A DNA stretch of 64,000 nt, from the NCBI GenBank assembly GCA_000708835.1, contig DF236993.1, positions 1 through 64,000 of the forward strand. The letters are read 5' to 3'. This document shows positions 38,201 through 51,900 of the stretch, in pieces. Positions within the stretch are counted from its first letter, which is position 1; each line of letters starts with the position of its first letter. The notes below the pieces were generated by a model. The model searched no databases. It saw only the letters and a program-made list of their open reading frames with translations, and was not told the DNA's origin. The DNA is from Klebsormidium nitens (lineage: Eukaryota; Plantae; Klebsormidiophyceae). The position numbers and the translations under genes were made by a program.

Positions 38201-41200
38201 TCTTAGTGGTCAGCTTAACAGCATCAGCATTGATTCTTTCGCAGGCCGCTTCCACTGTAACATCTCTAGCGCGTGCGTTTGGCTCCGACATCACGGTAGC
38301 TGGTGAGTAAGCGGAAGCGTCTTTGCTGGCCTCTGAGTGTCAAGAATACACTGAAAGGCGAGCTTTTCCTGAATGACAGCTCATAAACCATGGGAAAGCT
38401 TATCATGACGGGGAGTTAAGTACCCTGCGGTTTTACTGGGCTAGCCATGCCTTGTGGTCGGAGGACTCTGCTAGGCGGCATGCTGTCGCTATTCTTTGCC
38501 GGTTCTGTGATGTGGCAGTCGACTGGTACTACAAGATCGTCTAGATTTGGAAGAAATTATTGGAACGAACTCGATAATGTACTTTGGCCTGAGCACCCGC
38601 TGCTTTCATGCTTGGTCATGTTGCACTTGAAGAAATTTTGTCGCTCCCGACGTTTTAGAAGCCGACTCGAAGGTGGTTGTGAAAAGTCTCATTCGACTTT
38701 GCTAGGACTTAAAAATACACGTTGATATTGCTGCTGAGTGAAGAGTGAGAAACTTTGGTTGCTTGCATTACCATCACCAGTGTTCCAAAGGATCCACCGT
38801 GCGCTCTTATATCTGGCCGGAGAAACTTTATGAGGACCGGGCGATGGCAAAGATTCCACTCTTTGCGTTCCGTTTTGGTGCTGCTTCAAAGGAGGACCCG
38901 GTGGTATGATCTACCAAAGTCGGGAGAACTTTGCGACCTCGTCACTCGAACGGTTTTTCCTGGGAGCTAGGGTTATCCTAGTCTATGAGCTGCTCGCGTT
39001 CCTCAACTTAGAGAGAGACCCATTCTTCCTCGTTACAGTGGTCGATGAGGGGCCCTTCGCCGGAGATAAGGAGCTTCGTGCGAAGAACATTAGGTGGCAT
39101 CTGGCCGAAGGTGAGGACTACTCCCGACTTCGTGCAGATGCGTCTTCTCTGTCTCAGCACACGGAAGGAGGGCATTGCCAATAATTTGATTTCGAAACCG
39201 CCGGTCAAGACCGCTTTGAACAATCTCAAAGCCATAGTGCCCACAACTCGTAAGATGCTACCAGTGTTTATGATCACTCGATTCGATCAATACAGACCAC
39301 GCCTAGTATTCGACCACACACTAGAGATGGCTAACAAAAGTGCTCGACTCTCGAGAACGAGTCGACAGCAACAGTCCACAAAATGTGGCTCCCCGTTCGA
39401 AATCGTGCTTGAAGGACGCGACGTTGATAGGAGCCCCCTGCTGGTTATTTTCAAGAATCACAGAACTGCTGTTCAACATAGGAATTGCTCGAAGGAGAAC
39501 GCTTTCAGTTGTCGAGGCTTAAGGGCTCTGGCTGACGTCTAGAGAAAATTTGGTACCTTTGCAGGGGGCTTCGAGAATTTTGCGCTGATTGAAAAGGAAG
39601 GTCAGAACCCTGGCGCTGCCATTGGCGAGATCGCGGACGACATGAATCTTGACCTGGTGAGGCGAAAAGACTTCTTTGTTTCGTTGGCAGTGAAATCAAT
39701 GTGTGCTCGTTGCGAAAGTCACGAGCGTCAAGCCTTGTGCACGTGCTCCTTCGTATCGTCAGGGCAAGCCGGGGCTCAATTATCCACTCGCTGTTACTTG
39801 ACTAAAGAGGGTCAGTCTCATGCTCCATGACATGTTTCTTACAGGTGGTACTAGGCATGGAGTCGATCCATTCCAAGCAGATTGACGGAAACACACTTGC
39901 AGAGTTTGTCCCTTGTCCCGTCCTCCTCCTCCCCTGATCCAGAGATGCTATTCGTTGTACAAATTGTTTCGTTATGTAGAACGAGAACTGCACTCAATGT
40001 TAATCAGCAGGCAGGACCAGAGCTGTATATCCAACCGTAGAATCTGCTCCAATCAGAGACAAAGCTTACGCAAGAGTTGCTCGAAGCATTGGGCAACTTG
40101 CAAGAAGAGCAGAAGCACGAGCGTCCTTGTATCTAGTTCTCGGCTTCACCGACAGTGCTCAAGTGTACATTGACCGATAGGACCGGACCAAGCAACCAGC
40201 GCTAGGCCCGACTTTGTAACCAGATTGCATATGCACACGTCTGACTTCCGCACTGCCTTGTCATTCTGCAATCATTTAGTGCTTGCACTTACTTTCCTGA
40301 TTGTGCGTTTGCCATTAACAGTTGTTTGGGCTAGGAGAGCTAGGAGAGCAGTAGTGCCTAACATCAATCCGAACAACTGCACAAATTCATATCGTCCGCG
40401 CATCCGCTGGGCCTTGGGAACAGGCTTCAAGCATGTTGGGCATGATCTTTCTGCTAGACACAATTTTTTTGTTCTCGCGCCCAGTGGCATGTTTGTGAGT
40501 CCAACGCCAATATTCAATTTGGTCGACCTCAGTCCCTTGTGAATTGGCGAAATCATTATCTTCAAAGCTCCGAGGAATGAAGAATGAAAGACAAGAAGTG
40601 CTTCATATGTAGATCAGACGGGCGGGCGCGGAGGCGCACGCATTGAATTTTGAATAGCGCTTCTAATTGGCGTAGTGGAATCACCGAGGCTTGCAGTGGC
40701 GCCTGATTGACTCGAAGTGAATGGTCAAGCTAGTTCATAAAGTTCCTCAAAATAGGGTATGCATCGCAATGCGGTTGTTGATTCAATACGTAGATGAGAT
40801 ACCGTACCTACCACCGTGGGTTTGACTAATAGTAGCACTTTAGTAGAACATCATACCGTACGGTATATCTATCCATGGTGTGAAGAGGAGAGTTGGAGCC
40901 TGCCTGTGATAACAACTGAGCTGGTGAGTCACGAGTGCAACGACTCGAGTCACTAGTGCAGTTTCTCTCGTATGGTTTGTGTACCCGACCGGTATGTAAA
41001 ACCGGTGGTCTTCTGATTTGCACCTAGAGTGACCACTCCGATTGTCGAGTCACCATGCGCTGTCGGAGACTGTCTCCGGGGCGGTCGGACAAGGATGATG
41101 TGCTCGCGCTGCAAATTATTTACCGTACCTTGCTGATCATTGATGGGTCCGGTACGGTCTGTACTGGAATACGTTGCTCAAAAGCAATCCCGCAGAATCC

Positions 41201-42089
41201 GGCTTTGTCAGAGTTTCTCATTGCACAGATCTTCGTTTAGTTCCTAACCATCTCCCGACTCCTAAGGAGCGGACGTATGCCCCCGTAGGAGGAACGTTTT
41301 TCCTAAGATTCTGGAAAAGGCAGCTTTGGCAAGACCCATTTGTGATATCTATGCGTTATCAAAGTAGTATAATGGTTACAAAGAAGAAGCGCTTATGAAA
41401 CTCCCGGGCTCCATAAATCCAGACTGTGTAGCGGACCTGCGGAACCGGTTTGCATTTACCCGCGACAGCGGTTCGGATGGTGACGTCATGCGAGATCCTC
41501 TCCCAAGATATTTCGGCCTCGGGGGCAGCTGGGCCTCGGGGAACTGTTCAATGGAGGAAATGGCCGCTAACTTAGCTCTTGCAATGGAGGTCCAATTAGA
41601 CTCAGAGGGGCCGCTAGGTACTTGTCTCGCGGCGGTGTCGTTGTCGGGGGTGAAGGAAAGAAGCCCTGGTGAGCAGGCACTGAAGTGCAAGGCATCGAGC
41701 TGCGAAATGCGCAATGCAACCCCCTCGTACCCTGCGCAATCGATAGGAAGCGACGGGAATCGAGCGCTAGATCTTTGTGAGCAGATTGTGCGAGGCTAAG
41801 TGGCAATGCGCAGAGCTCGCAATGCAGTTTGCAAGTGCAGCGTAGCTGACGGGAACAAGCACAGGGAGTGCATTGTGGTGGCCACCAGAATTTGCACCAA
41901 ACAAAAGGATGAGCAGATCGTGTTGATTCGTTGATGTGTGAGGCCCGTCTTTGAGAGCTTTCTCTAAGTCTTGGCTTAAGCTCTCAGTTGATCGGCACTG
42001 AGAGTTGTCTCTGCTTCTTGGCTTAGAAAAGGTTCTGATGCTTCAACTCTGAGCACCCTTGTGCGGCGAGGGCACCCCAGGAAGGCGGG

Positions 42090-45000
42090 ATGGCTGGTCC
42101 CACAAGCCACTCTGGTGGGTCGTCCTCCATGGCCGCTGACCTCAGCAACGACGGTGAGCAGCCGTCGCACCCGCGGCGGCCCGAGTTCGGGGGGGGTCCC
42201 CAGAAAACCTTCCCCATGGGAATGCACCCTGCGGTGCTGCCGGTCCCTGCCTTTGGGATGCAAAACGGGTTCAGGGGGTCAATGATGCCCCCCCCGGATG
42301 GGATGGTCCCAATGGGGGGCATGGTTTCGGGGCCTGGGATGGTGTTCCCATTTCACCCGGGTATGCGCATGATGCCTGGGCCAGTTCCCATGATGCCGCA
42401 CGGTTTCTCCGACCACATGATGGGGCGCCAGTTCCCGCGACCGTTCATGATGGGCCAACACCCCCACAACCAGGTGGGGATGCTCAATGCGGGGATGGAG
42501 GCCGGGGTTCTGCACTTCCAGCAGAATCACCGGCCGCGCCACCGTCCTGAAGGGGGGCAGAACCACAGGAGGGAGTACAGTTCGGGGTCCGCGGGGTCCG
42601 GCGGATCAGGCGACCTGCGGTCGTCCACGTCGGGGGTGAGCGTGCAAGAAATGAAGGAGCTAGAGGACTTGCTGTCGAAGCTGAACCCCCTAGCGGAGGA
42701 GTTTGTGCCGCCTGGAACGGAGGAAGGGGGATCGGGAGTCGGCGGGTCGTCACTGCAGGGGGGCCAGAGTGGAAAAGGAAAGGTGAGCAGCAGCGAGAGG
42801 CGATCAGCAACGGGGGTTGGTTCGGCATCCAGGCAAGGAGAAAGTTAGGGTGTGTCTTGGGTTTCTTTGTTGCCTGGAGACTTGCATTGCGTGTGGACAT
42901 GTCTGGCAAAGCGTGCAAATGCACAAAGTCGTTTTTGGCAAGGACAAGGAGAGGTGGCGTCAGTAGCACTTCCTGATGTGTCGACTGTTGAGGTTTCAGA
43001 TAAAGCGTGCTTAGCACAATGCAAGAAGCGGACTCTGCTTTGAGGACATCAACGACCGCCCATTGCTGCATTGCATAGGGTGTTCTCATTCCTGCGCAAG
43101 CAGGCGTGGTGCTTATTCCAACGTGCGTTCTTGGATGGCCTGAGTGCAACAATTTAACTTCCAAACTCTGAATAAACAAAAGCGCACCCCAAAGTATAGC
43201 AGTTGGGGAGTTTGTGAACCTAGCACGCCATCAAAACCCAACTGCAGAGAGAAATGCTGCCCCCACATTGATCAGAAAAGCAGGTTGGTAGAGACACGGA
43301 ACAAAGGAATGCAATCATGTGTGTGCAGAAGAAAAATGGTGTTTCGGGTGGGAAGAGGAAGGGTGGTCGCAGCGGCAGGGCGCACCGGGAAGACAGCATC
43401 AAGCGGACGGTGTATGTGTCGGACATCGACCAGTCGGTGAGCGTTCAAACCCTCTGCTGTGCCAAGTGTTCGGCGCTCTCTCTGACACTTCTACGTTCTA
43501 GAATGCAAGGTCCATACATTCCATATGAATTTAGTTGCTAGGCAGATTAAGACGCTGTTTCTTCTTTTCTCAGAACCTCAATGCATGGAAGAAAGAAGCT
43601 TCGATGCATGTTAGCACAAACGTTTGCGGCAGATCACGGCATCTGTATGACAATGTTTGAGGCATCTGAAGATTACAAGGTCTGAGCTCTTCTCTATTTC
43701 CTGCAGGTCACAGAAGAGCAGTTAGCTTCAGTGTTTTTGCAATGTGGTCAGGTAAGGCACTCCAGCCTCTTGCCACCAAGAGAAAGCAGGGCTTTGCATT
43801 AAGTGGCTTGCGCGCTTTTGCTTCGTCGCGACACCGGTCTCCAACCACCAAACCTTCCGCGAGTGCCTTCGCTTCAAGCGGTGCTGATCCCTGGCAATGT
43901 GGTTGTACTTGCCAGCCCCAAGCAAGGCTCACATCTTGAATCGGGGAATTAAATGCAACCCATTCTCTGTATGAGCGCTCCCTCTGCTATTTCCCTCTAC
44001 ATGCTAACTCTTCTCTGAAGGCTCTCTCGAAAGTCCCTTGGTAAGTCCTGCCGTAGACTGTTAGCATCTATTGCTCCTGAGATCAAGATGTCACTGGCTT
44101 GCAGGTTGTAGATTGTAGAATCTGCGGAGACCCCAATTCGGTGCTCCGCTTTGCGTTTGTTGAGTTTGTAGATGAAGGTGAGGATGTCTGTCCATCTTCC
44201 GGAACCTTCAGGCCCCAAATTCCTCTGTGACAACGTTCATAAGTAGCGGGGTTTGGCTTCTGGATGCTCGTGAAGCACGCGCGGTGCCGCTGTATCAGAA
44301 ACTGCTGTGCCCTTTGCTGCTCCGATGTGCAAGTGACAATAAGAAGACATTTGATGAGACATGTCAGTAAGCTGCTTATAATGGCCTGTGACGGGGCTTG
44401 CCTGTATAGAATTGCGGGGGTTGCTATCAGGCTGCTGAGAGGAGCTTGTGAGGAGGCCACATAATTGGTGCCGTCCAGAAAGTTCAGAAGAGAGCTCAAT
44501 GTCCAGTGCTGACTGTGTGTCCTCGGCTGTGCACTTTTGTTGGAACTACTCTGCCAAAATCTGTGAAGCGTCAAGAAAGTTTCCCGTGTGTGTGAAACGG
44601 TGCTAACTCCGGTTGTGGTGTGCGCTCTTCAGAGGGGGCGAGAAACGCGTTGAGCCTAGCTGGCACAGTAATGGGCTACTACCCTGTGAGGGTGCTCCCA
44701 TCGAAAACGGCAATCATTCCGGTGAACCCGACGTTCTTGCCACGGGTAAGGGCCGCAACACAACCTTGGCTCGGCAGTCACTATTTCTGCTATGATGGAA
44801 GACTTATCACGAGCCACTCGTGTGGCCTGAACTTCTGCACAAACTGTACATTGTTAGACCTTTTGTGGATCTGACGGGACATTGTCCCTGGGACGGCACT
44901 TCGCTGTAGCTGTGAGCGTTCGTTCCTGGTATGGCTCTGCGTCAGCACATCCAATAGTTCCGTTTCTCCCTCTGCTTAAGCGTCAGCAGTGCTTGCGGGC

Positions 45001-47257
45001 CTGGGCTGCTTGCCTGCTTCTTTCTGAAGAGTCTACCAACCGGTAAACGGTTCTGATTCCGCCTTAGTTACTTGCGGAGCAGACTGCTCCAACACAGTCT
45101 TAAGCAGAACGATGTCATTTCGTCTCTGCGTTTGTCTTCGTCTTTGTCCAGCCGAGCATGCACGTTGTCTACAGTCCATCCTGGCCTGGTCACCTGGTCC
45201 ACTGGTTTCCGCTGTTCCCTCTTCTCTGTCTTTTGTAATACTTTGTCTTTTGTAATACTTCGTCTTTTTCAACACTTTGCCGGCACTCTCCGCTTACGCT
45301 GCCCCCCGTTTTGCAGAGCGAAGACGACAGAGATCTTTGCAGCCGCACGGTCTACTGCGCAAACATCGACAAAAAGGTAGGACTCCTGATTCAGATGGAC
45401 TTTGATACTCGGCTGGGTAGGTTTTCCCGGACTGCCAGGGAATCTCAGACAATCCGTAAGCAAATACTTAGGCAGCACGGCAGCTGCAGACTGGAAAACC
45501 GCAGAACAAGCAGACGTCTGGTTATTGCTCATTAGTTGGTGCTTAGCTCAGACACTCGATTCGCTTCATTCTGCAAGGCAAAGGTTGAGTCTTTCGGAAG
45601 CTTTGTTCGCGCGACGTCAGACAAGCCGTTCGGGGAGGCGGGAGTCCGTCTGATGGGTTTCATTCGCGGTTTGCTAACCATTGCTGGGCCCCCTTACCTG
45701 CGCAGGTTACCCAGGCTGACGTCAAGCTGTTCTTCGAGTCCCTCTGTGGGGAGGTGAGTCACGCCAACAGCCCTTGTCTCTGTTCCTCTCTCTTTTCTCA
45801 TCCAAGTGATCCAAGCCTTTGTGACAGATTGCAGTTACACGACCTCTTTTGTTCCTGATTCCTCTGAGCGTGATTGCCGTTCCTGTCGTCTCCCGAAAGC
45901 CGCTTTAGTCAGTCACGACTTGAGGGGGATTGATGCACCTCGTGCATCAGAAGCTGCCGGTGATAACGCAAATGGTTAATCAGCTGCCAGCTGGAAGGTA
46001 ACGAGCATCCGTCGAGCGACTTTCCAACCTTGCCTGCAGGTCGGGAGGCTCAGACTTCTGGGCGATTTCCACCACTCGACCCGGATAGCCTTCGTTGAGT
46101 TTATCCATGTAAGTGCGCAGTCCCTTTCGTGCCGGAATTGTTGCTGTGAGCGTGGCTTCGAACAGAAGTCTGAGTTTGTCTCGGAACAAGCCGATTCTTG
46201 CAACGAGGATCAGCAGCGGAAAAGGGGTGAGGAGCATACTGTCTCAACCTGTCTCTCGTCTCCGTTTGGCAATCAACCCAAAGAATTTGACAATCAAGGT
46301 CTTCAGCTTGGGGCAACTTGGAAATGCTGATACAAGGCGTGCCGTCGAGGGTGTTCCTGGGATCCGCTGAGGTCCCGTCCTTCGTTTGTTTAGAAACCAG
46401 TCCGCGTCGTTTTGTAGTCTGTCCGCACTCCGGATTTGGATCTCGTGTCGTTTTACTCGAAGCTATGTTTCAAAAAGGCAATTGAAAATTGCCGTTTATT
46501 GACCGGTCAATTTTTCAAGGAACAAAGCAATGTTTAGTGGCCCTCGTCGGTCCCTGTGGTTAGGAGTCGCTAGTTCTTCCATCTTATTGCACTGTTCCCA
46601 CCGTGTCACCACTGATTGGGACTGTGAGTCGACTCCAGTCCTTACTCGCATCGTCTCCCAGCAGATATCGGGAACAAACGGGAAGGTAGCAACAAAATAC
46701 GGAAAACTTGAAAGGATTGTGAACCGGAAATTGTTGTTGAATGTACAGGCGGAGAGTGCAATGGCGGCGCTAAACTGCAGCGGGGCTATTCTGGGCTCGT
46801 TGCCAATCAGGTGAGCGGGCTTCCACGCTTCCGAAGCTGGCCACGTGTCAATTTCGTTTCCTTGCGAAGCATAGCGCTGATTATTTCTTAATAACGGAGC
46901 TTCATTGGTGCCTTGAGAGACCGGCGTATAATAAACACAAGTGAAAGCTACGGTGGTCAGTGTGCTATGGCCGACGTAGCGTCCTGGGTGGAACTGGCTG
47001 TTGATGAGAAGGCTCAGATCTCGACAAGCAGGTCGTCTTTGTAGCGGGAGTCACTTTAAGCTGCGCAATATTTATGTTGGGTTGCCATGCAGTTGATATG
47101 GCTTATTACAAGGCCTGATTCGTGGACATACTGGCAGATTCCGTGGTCGTACTGGCTGCTTTCTAATGCAGTCGTGTTTCCGTTTCTCCTTCCTAGGGTG
47201 AGTCCGTCCAAGACGCCTGTTCGCCCTCGGTCGCCGCACCCCCACCACAACCGTTGA
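42090..47257 (+). CDS. CTC-interacting domain protein (CID8-13 class): PAM2 motif plus two RRMs
   Basis: Ten exons (~42090-42783, 43328-43436, 43706-43750, 44105-44177, 44634-44746, 45317-45376, 45706-45753, 46040-46108, 46748-46810, 47197-47257). PAM2 SKLNPLAEEFVP; RRM1 RTVYVSDIDQSVTEEQLA..CRICGDPNSVLRFAFVEF; linker SKTAIIPVNPTFLPRS; RRM2 RTVYCANIDKKVTQADVK..HSTRIAFVEF; end IRVSPSKTPVRP. Confidence 0.93.
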
Positions 47258-48975
47258 TCATGACAATTTCGGCCGAGCCATGTTCTTCAATGAGATCGTA
47301 GCTGTGATTACAACGGGAGTAGGTTTAGGCCATCCTCGAGTAGATGGTGAGGAGAATAAGGGGGTGCCAGGCTCCTGCGGGAGTGCTTGAGTTTTTCAGA
47401 TGTTTTGTCCCTCCAGGTGAGCGGAACGCGATAAAGACCATTTTTTGGGCGACTAGCGCCCACCTTACAGCATTGTGTGCATGCATCATCTGTGTTGCTT
47501 AACGCATTAGTACAGGACGAGCTTAGGTATAGGGGGAGTAGTGTGCATATTGTGAGAAGTTGTGCAAGGTCCTGTTGATAGCTGCAAATATGAGTACGTT
47601 GATTGGCAAAACTTAACCCTAGTGCAATTCGAAGTAGGAGCGGTGAGGCGACTTGTTGCTTTGGGACTCTGAGTTGATAACGGTTGTGGTACACGCTTGC
47701 CACTTGGATTGTTTCATTGATTCTCCTAGAGCAATCACTCATGAGATACCTGCTGCGATCATTGACTTGTTGTCATAGTCGGAATTGAGTCAGTCAATTG
47801 CACGGCGGATGGTCAGCTAGGCATATATGAGCATGAACCGCACGATGGAATCGTTTACTGATGCTAGATATGCCTTGCACTCGCTCATGCACGCACGCTG
47901 CATGCTGGGCACGTTCAATTGCAACATAACATGCATGCACTGAACGCCAGAATTCAATTAAGGAGGCAGTATTATCTGCTTGAACTGATTCGGGCCCGGA
48001 CTCTATTGAATCTACATCGATCAAAAACAACTGCAGGTGCGTGTCAGAACATGTGAGCCTGTGCTTCAAGACGATTTTGTTGGATGCGGGCCAACAAGGA
48101 GACGCAGTATGTTTCGATCTGCAAGATGTTGCGTTGCGCTGCATAAAGCAGATTTTTTGCACACATCATACGTGCAAGTCCAGGCATGCAGACTCGAGCG
48201 ATCCCTATCGTCGGGGTACATCATTTCATTGGCGCGTTGTCATATATATTGTATCAACGTCCCATGATGTTTACTACTTCATGTCAAGACCACATAACAT
48301 GCGGAGTGGTTGCATCACATGTTTCGTGACCTCAACTCTCTCAACATTTCGCTTCATGAGACATCTTCTTCATCCCTGGACTTCGTGGACGTAGTCAAGG
48401 GCTTTGCTTAAGTTGACAGAACGTGACGCACGCTTCGAGGACCAATTGATGCTAAGTCGTATCCCAAACGTCAGCAGCGATAGACGAGCTTCTCGAAAGC
48501 TCGCTTGGGTGGAAATTTGAATGGCAATCGTCACGCGGATTCTTGCAAGGAGAAGTTAGCAGAAGCTTATCTGGACTGCTCGCTCCTCATACGTACGTCT
48601 CAAACAGTAATATTGTCGGTAGAAGGATAATGAATGGTTGAAGCAAATATCTGAAAGTGGGCTCTAGTCGGAAACTTTCAAGCTATGCAGAACACTAGAT
48701 CTCGCCATTGAATGACTTGTCAACCTCAATTGGTCAGGACCCTTGAACTTCACAAGGCTGTACAAGTAAACCCCACTCTTTCCGGTGGTTCGGTCCTCAA
48801 GTGGGTATTGTTCATAGTCGTTTTAATCTACGGCCCCACTCGCTGGCTCATTTGGCTGTGGACTTGATGATTCTGCGTCGCCCACTTCGTGAGGATGTCC
48901 ATCACATCGTGAACGCTTATCTCCGTCTTCCCTCCGGCCACCAGGTGATTGACGGCCGCCGTTGCCAGACCCGCA

Positions 48976-51900
48976 TCAACGTGATTCAGAGTGACGAGAT
49001 TGTATAATCAAGTTGCTCAGATGCGTCGACTGCCCCACTGCCGAGGAGCCGGGAACCGCCGAAAACGACCCCGTATTCTCATAGGTTCCCTGGGAGTACT
49101 GGTTAGGTGCCGTGACTGGGACGGGGAAATTTCCTGGCTGTCCGGAGAAGACCGGTGGTGCAGGAAAGGCCTGCGGAGCACCATTTTGAAGATAAGGCGC
49201 GTTCAACGCTGACGCCTGCCAAAACTGCGGCGCAGGATTGGTTGCGCCGGCCAACGGAGGGACAGAGTTCCAGGCGTCCTGCTGACTGTGATACTGAGCA
49301 CCATTCCAGGGGGCGTTGCTGAGCTGATAAGGAGGGGTGGGCGGGCGGGCCTGCCCATTCGCCTGCACCATCGGTACCGGGGCGTATGCAAACTGGCCCG
49401 GTTGGAACGCGTGTCCGTTTCCGGTCACGTCGGGCGCTGCATAACCGGGCGGCGGAGTAGCCGGGCGGGAGTACTGGGGTTGCTGCAGGGTGGGAATTGG
49501 CACCGGAACGACGTATCGCGAGAATTGCGCGTAGCCTTGCGGTCCCCTCAGATCGTCCGCCGTGTAGGTCTTCGGCTGCGGCATCACCCCCTGGTCGAGA
49601 GGCGACGGCGGGCGCTTTCCTGGTCCGTTTTGTGGCGCGTCGTGAGCGGAATTCCGTTGATAATCCACTGCCCCGAAGCTCTCAGCCGGTCCCGACCGGT
49701 CCCAACCGGTCCCAGCCGGTCCCCCTCGGGGCGACACGGGGTTACGCGCGCGCGGCGCGGCCGCGCGGCCGCCCGCGTTTCCGCCCTGAGCGGTGTTCAG
49801 GCCGTTGATAAAGGCCTCCAGGTCTCGGATGGTCGCCTCTGCGTCCTCTCGGGCCTTTATCGTCAGCAGCTGGCGCTTCTCCATGCGCAGACTGTCGAGC
49901 ACCGTTGCGAGCTCGTCCACGAAGTTGAAGCCGCTCACAATGGCCTGCAAAGCGCACGGGTGTTCCTGATGGTGTGATCGAGATCCGTTCTGCTGCTCTC
50001 GCGACACTGGGATCGAAATTTGTCATGAGGAGGTTGCAAGAAACTCTGATGAAGACTCTTACAGAGTGATTGCTTTTGCTTAGCAATATGAAGAAGAGTG
50101 AAAAGGGAATGGATTTCGGCCATGGAGTATTCAACGGTGGCTGAAATGTTATTCGACATCGCAGAGCCAAGAATTTGATCAAGATGTGCTCAAATTTGCA
50201 AGCCTGAATCCAAAAGACTCCGATCTCTGAGGACTTTCGTCAGGACTTCCCGAGAATCCTCGAGAATCTCGTTGACTTGTTGACATCAAGAAACGAAACT
50301 CTTGGCTAGAATTTAGAATTCGAAGTTGCAAAGCTCATTCTAAAAGACTCCTTTGAAAGGTTTCGTTGCCGTCTTCGACATATAAAGGACCTGCCCAGCT
50401 TTTCACATCGGCAAATAGGCGGACTCCTTGCAACATTCTGCCATTCCCACAGTCATTTGGTGGCTCTGAGCTTGCCTGGACGTCCCGGCACAGCTGCTTG
50501 ATCTCCTCCAGCTTGGCCGCCTGTGCCGCGCGCAGCAGATCCAGGTCCGACTTCGCGCTTCCGATCTCCGTCTTGGCCCCCTCCAGCTGTGCGTTGGCCG
50601 CGTCGAACTTCTTCTTGATTTCCTCCATGACCTTCTCGATCGTCTTGTGCACCTGTTAATACGTGGGTATGCAAGTTTGCTAGGCTTCAAAGTGCGTCTT
50701 TGACAATGCCCTTATAATGCTTTGAAACGGATAGTCGATCGTGAGCACTAGTTCTTCGTTGTATCGAACCATGAGTCGTTCCACGTGGTTCCCACCCTAA
50801 GCCCCCAGCCTATCCCATCAAGACCAGTACGATTTGCCCATTCTTTTACCCGCTTCAGCCCCGAGCACCTTACGGCACGTACCCGGTTGAAACCTAGCGG
50901 TACCGACCACACCTTGCGGTCTAGCACCGCACCACTCAAAGGGAACGTACCGCTGATGTCATTTGATGACGTACTTTTAAAGACTAGCGAACTAACGAAG
51001 TCTGCTGACCGGACCTTCTGGATCGTGAACAGGCCGTGGTAGTGCGACGCGGCGCCGCACGCCCCGGGGCACATCATGCACGCCGACCCGCCCCCCATGC
51101 AGGCGCAGCTGTTGAAGGCCTCCCCCCCCGCCTCGGAAATAAACTCGAGGCCGCACTTTTCGTGGCAGACTTGCTGACACGTGGAGCAGAGCGTGTTGTG
51201 GTAGCCGCAGGGGATTTGCTCGACCTCCTCGACGGTCTCGGTCCGCGCGAAGTCCTTGTAGTTGTCGCGCGAGGCGACCGCGCCCTCTAGGTCGTACTGG
51301 CTGCGCTCGAGCTTGTCTTCCAGCATCTGAAAAGAGAAGATGCAAGCGTTCAAGGGTCTATGTTTGTTGCAGACGATGAGAAACGAAAGTTATGATCGAT
51401 TGGTGGGCCTCTAAATCTCCAAGTTGCAAGAGAGTTTGGTGGACTTAGTCACTGGGTGTTGAGAAGCACTCTGACAACGTTTAGAATCGATCTCCCCAGA
51501 ACAAAGTTCTGCTCTGACGTCCTTACCGCCACTTCTAAATCGGCCTTGGCTCTGCTCTCAAACAAGTGTTACGAATCAATAGGCGGCGGAGGACGATAAC
51601 AACAAAACCGTTCATCACAAGTCAGTGTACCTCAGCTTATCGCGGACCTGCCAATGTGTACGCTCGAGCATCGTTGGATGGAAGAAGCTCATAGCGGATC
51701 GATTCAAGCTTCCCGCTCGAATGTCTTTGCATATCACGCTCGCTTAGAGGAGGAAAAACCACGGGTGTTGGTGCTCATTCGCTTACCTGCATGTTTCGGA
51801 ACTCGGTAAGCGCGCTGGCCATCTTGGCCTTGATCTCATTCCGTTTCTCGCGCAGCTCTTTGAAGGCGCCGGTGCTCTCGGACGCCATCTTCAGGATCTT

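Noticed and set aside
41395-41799. 134-aa ORF upstream of the CID gene
   Set aside because: No family features; likely promoter or 5' UTR sequence.
45620-45655. Possible exon-head copy upstream of CID exon 7
   Set aside because: Only patchy identity (gacgtca..aagc.gttc..ggggagg), not convincing without an alignment.
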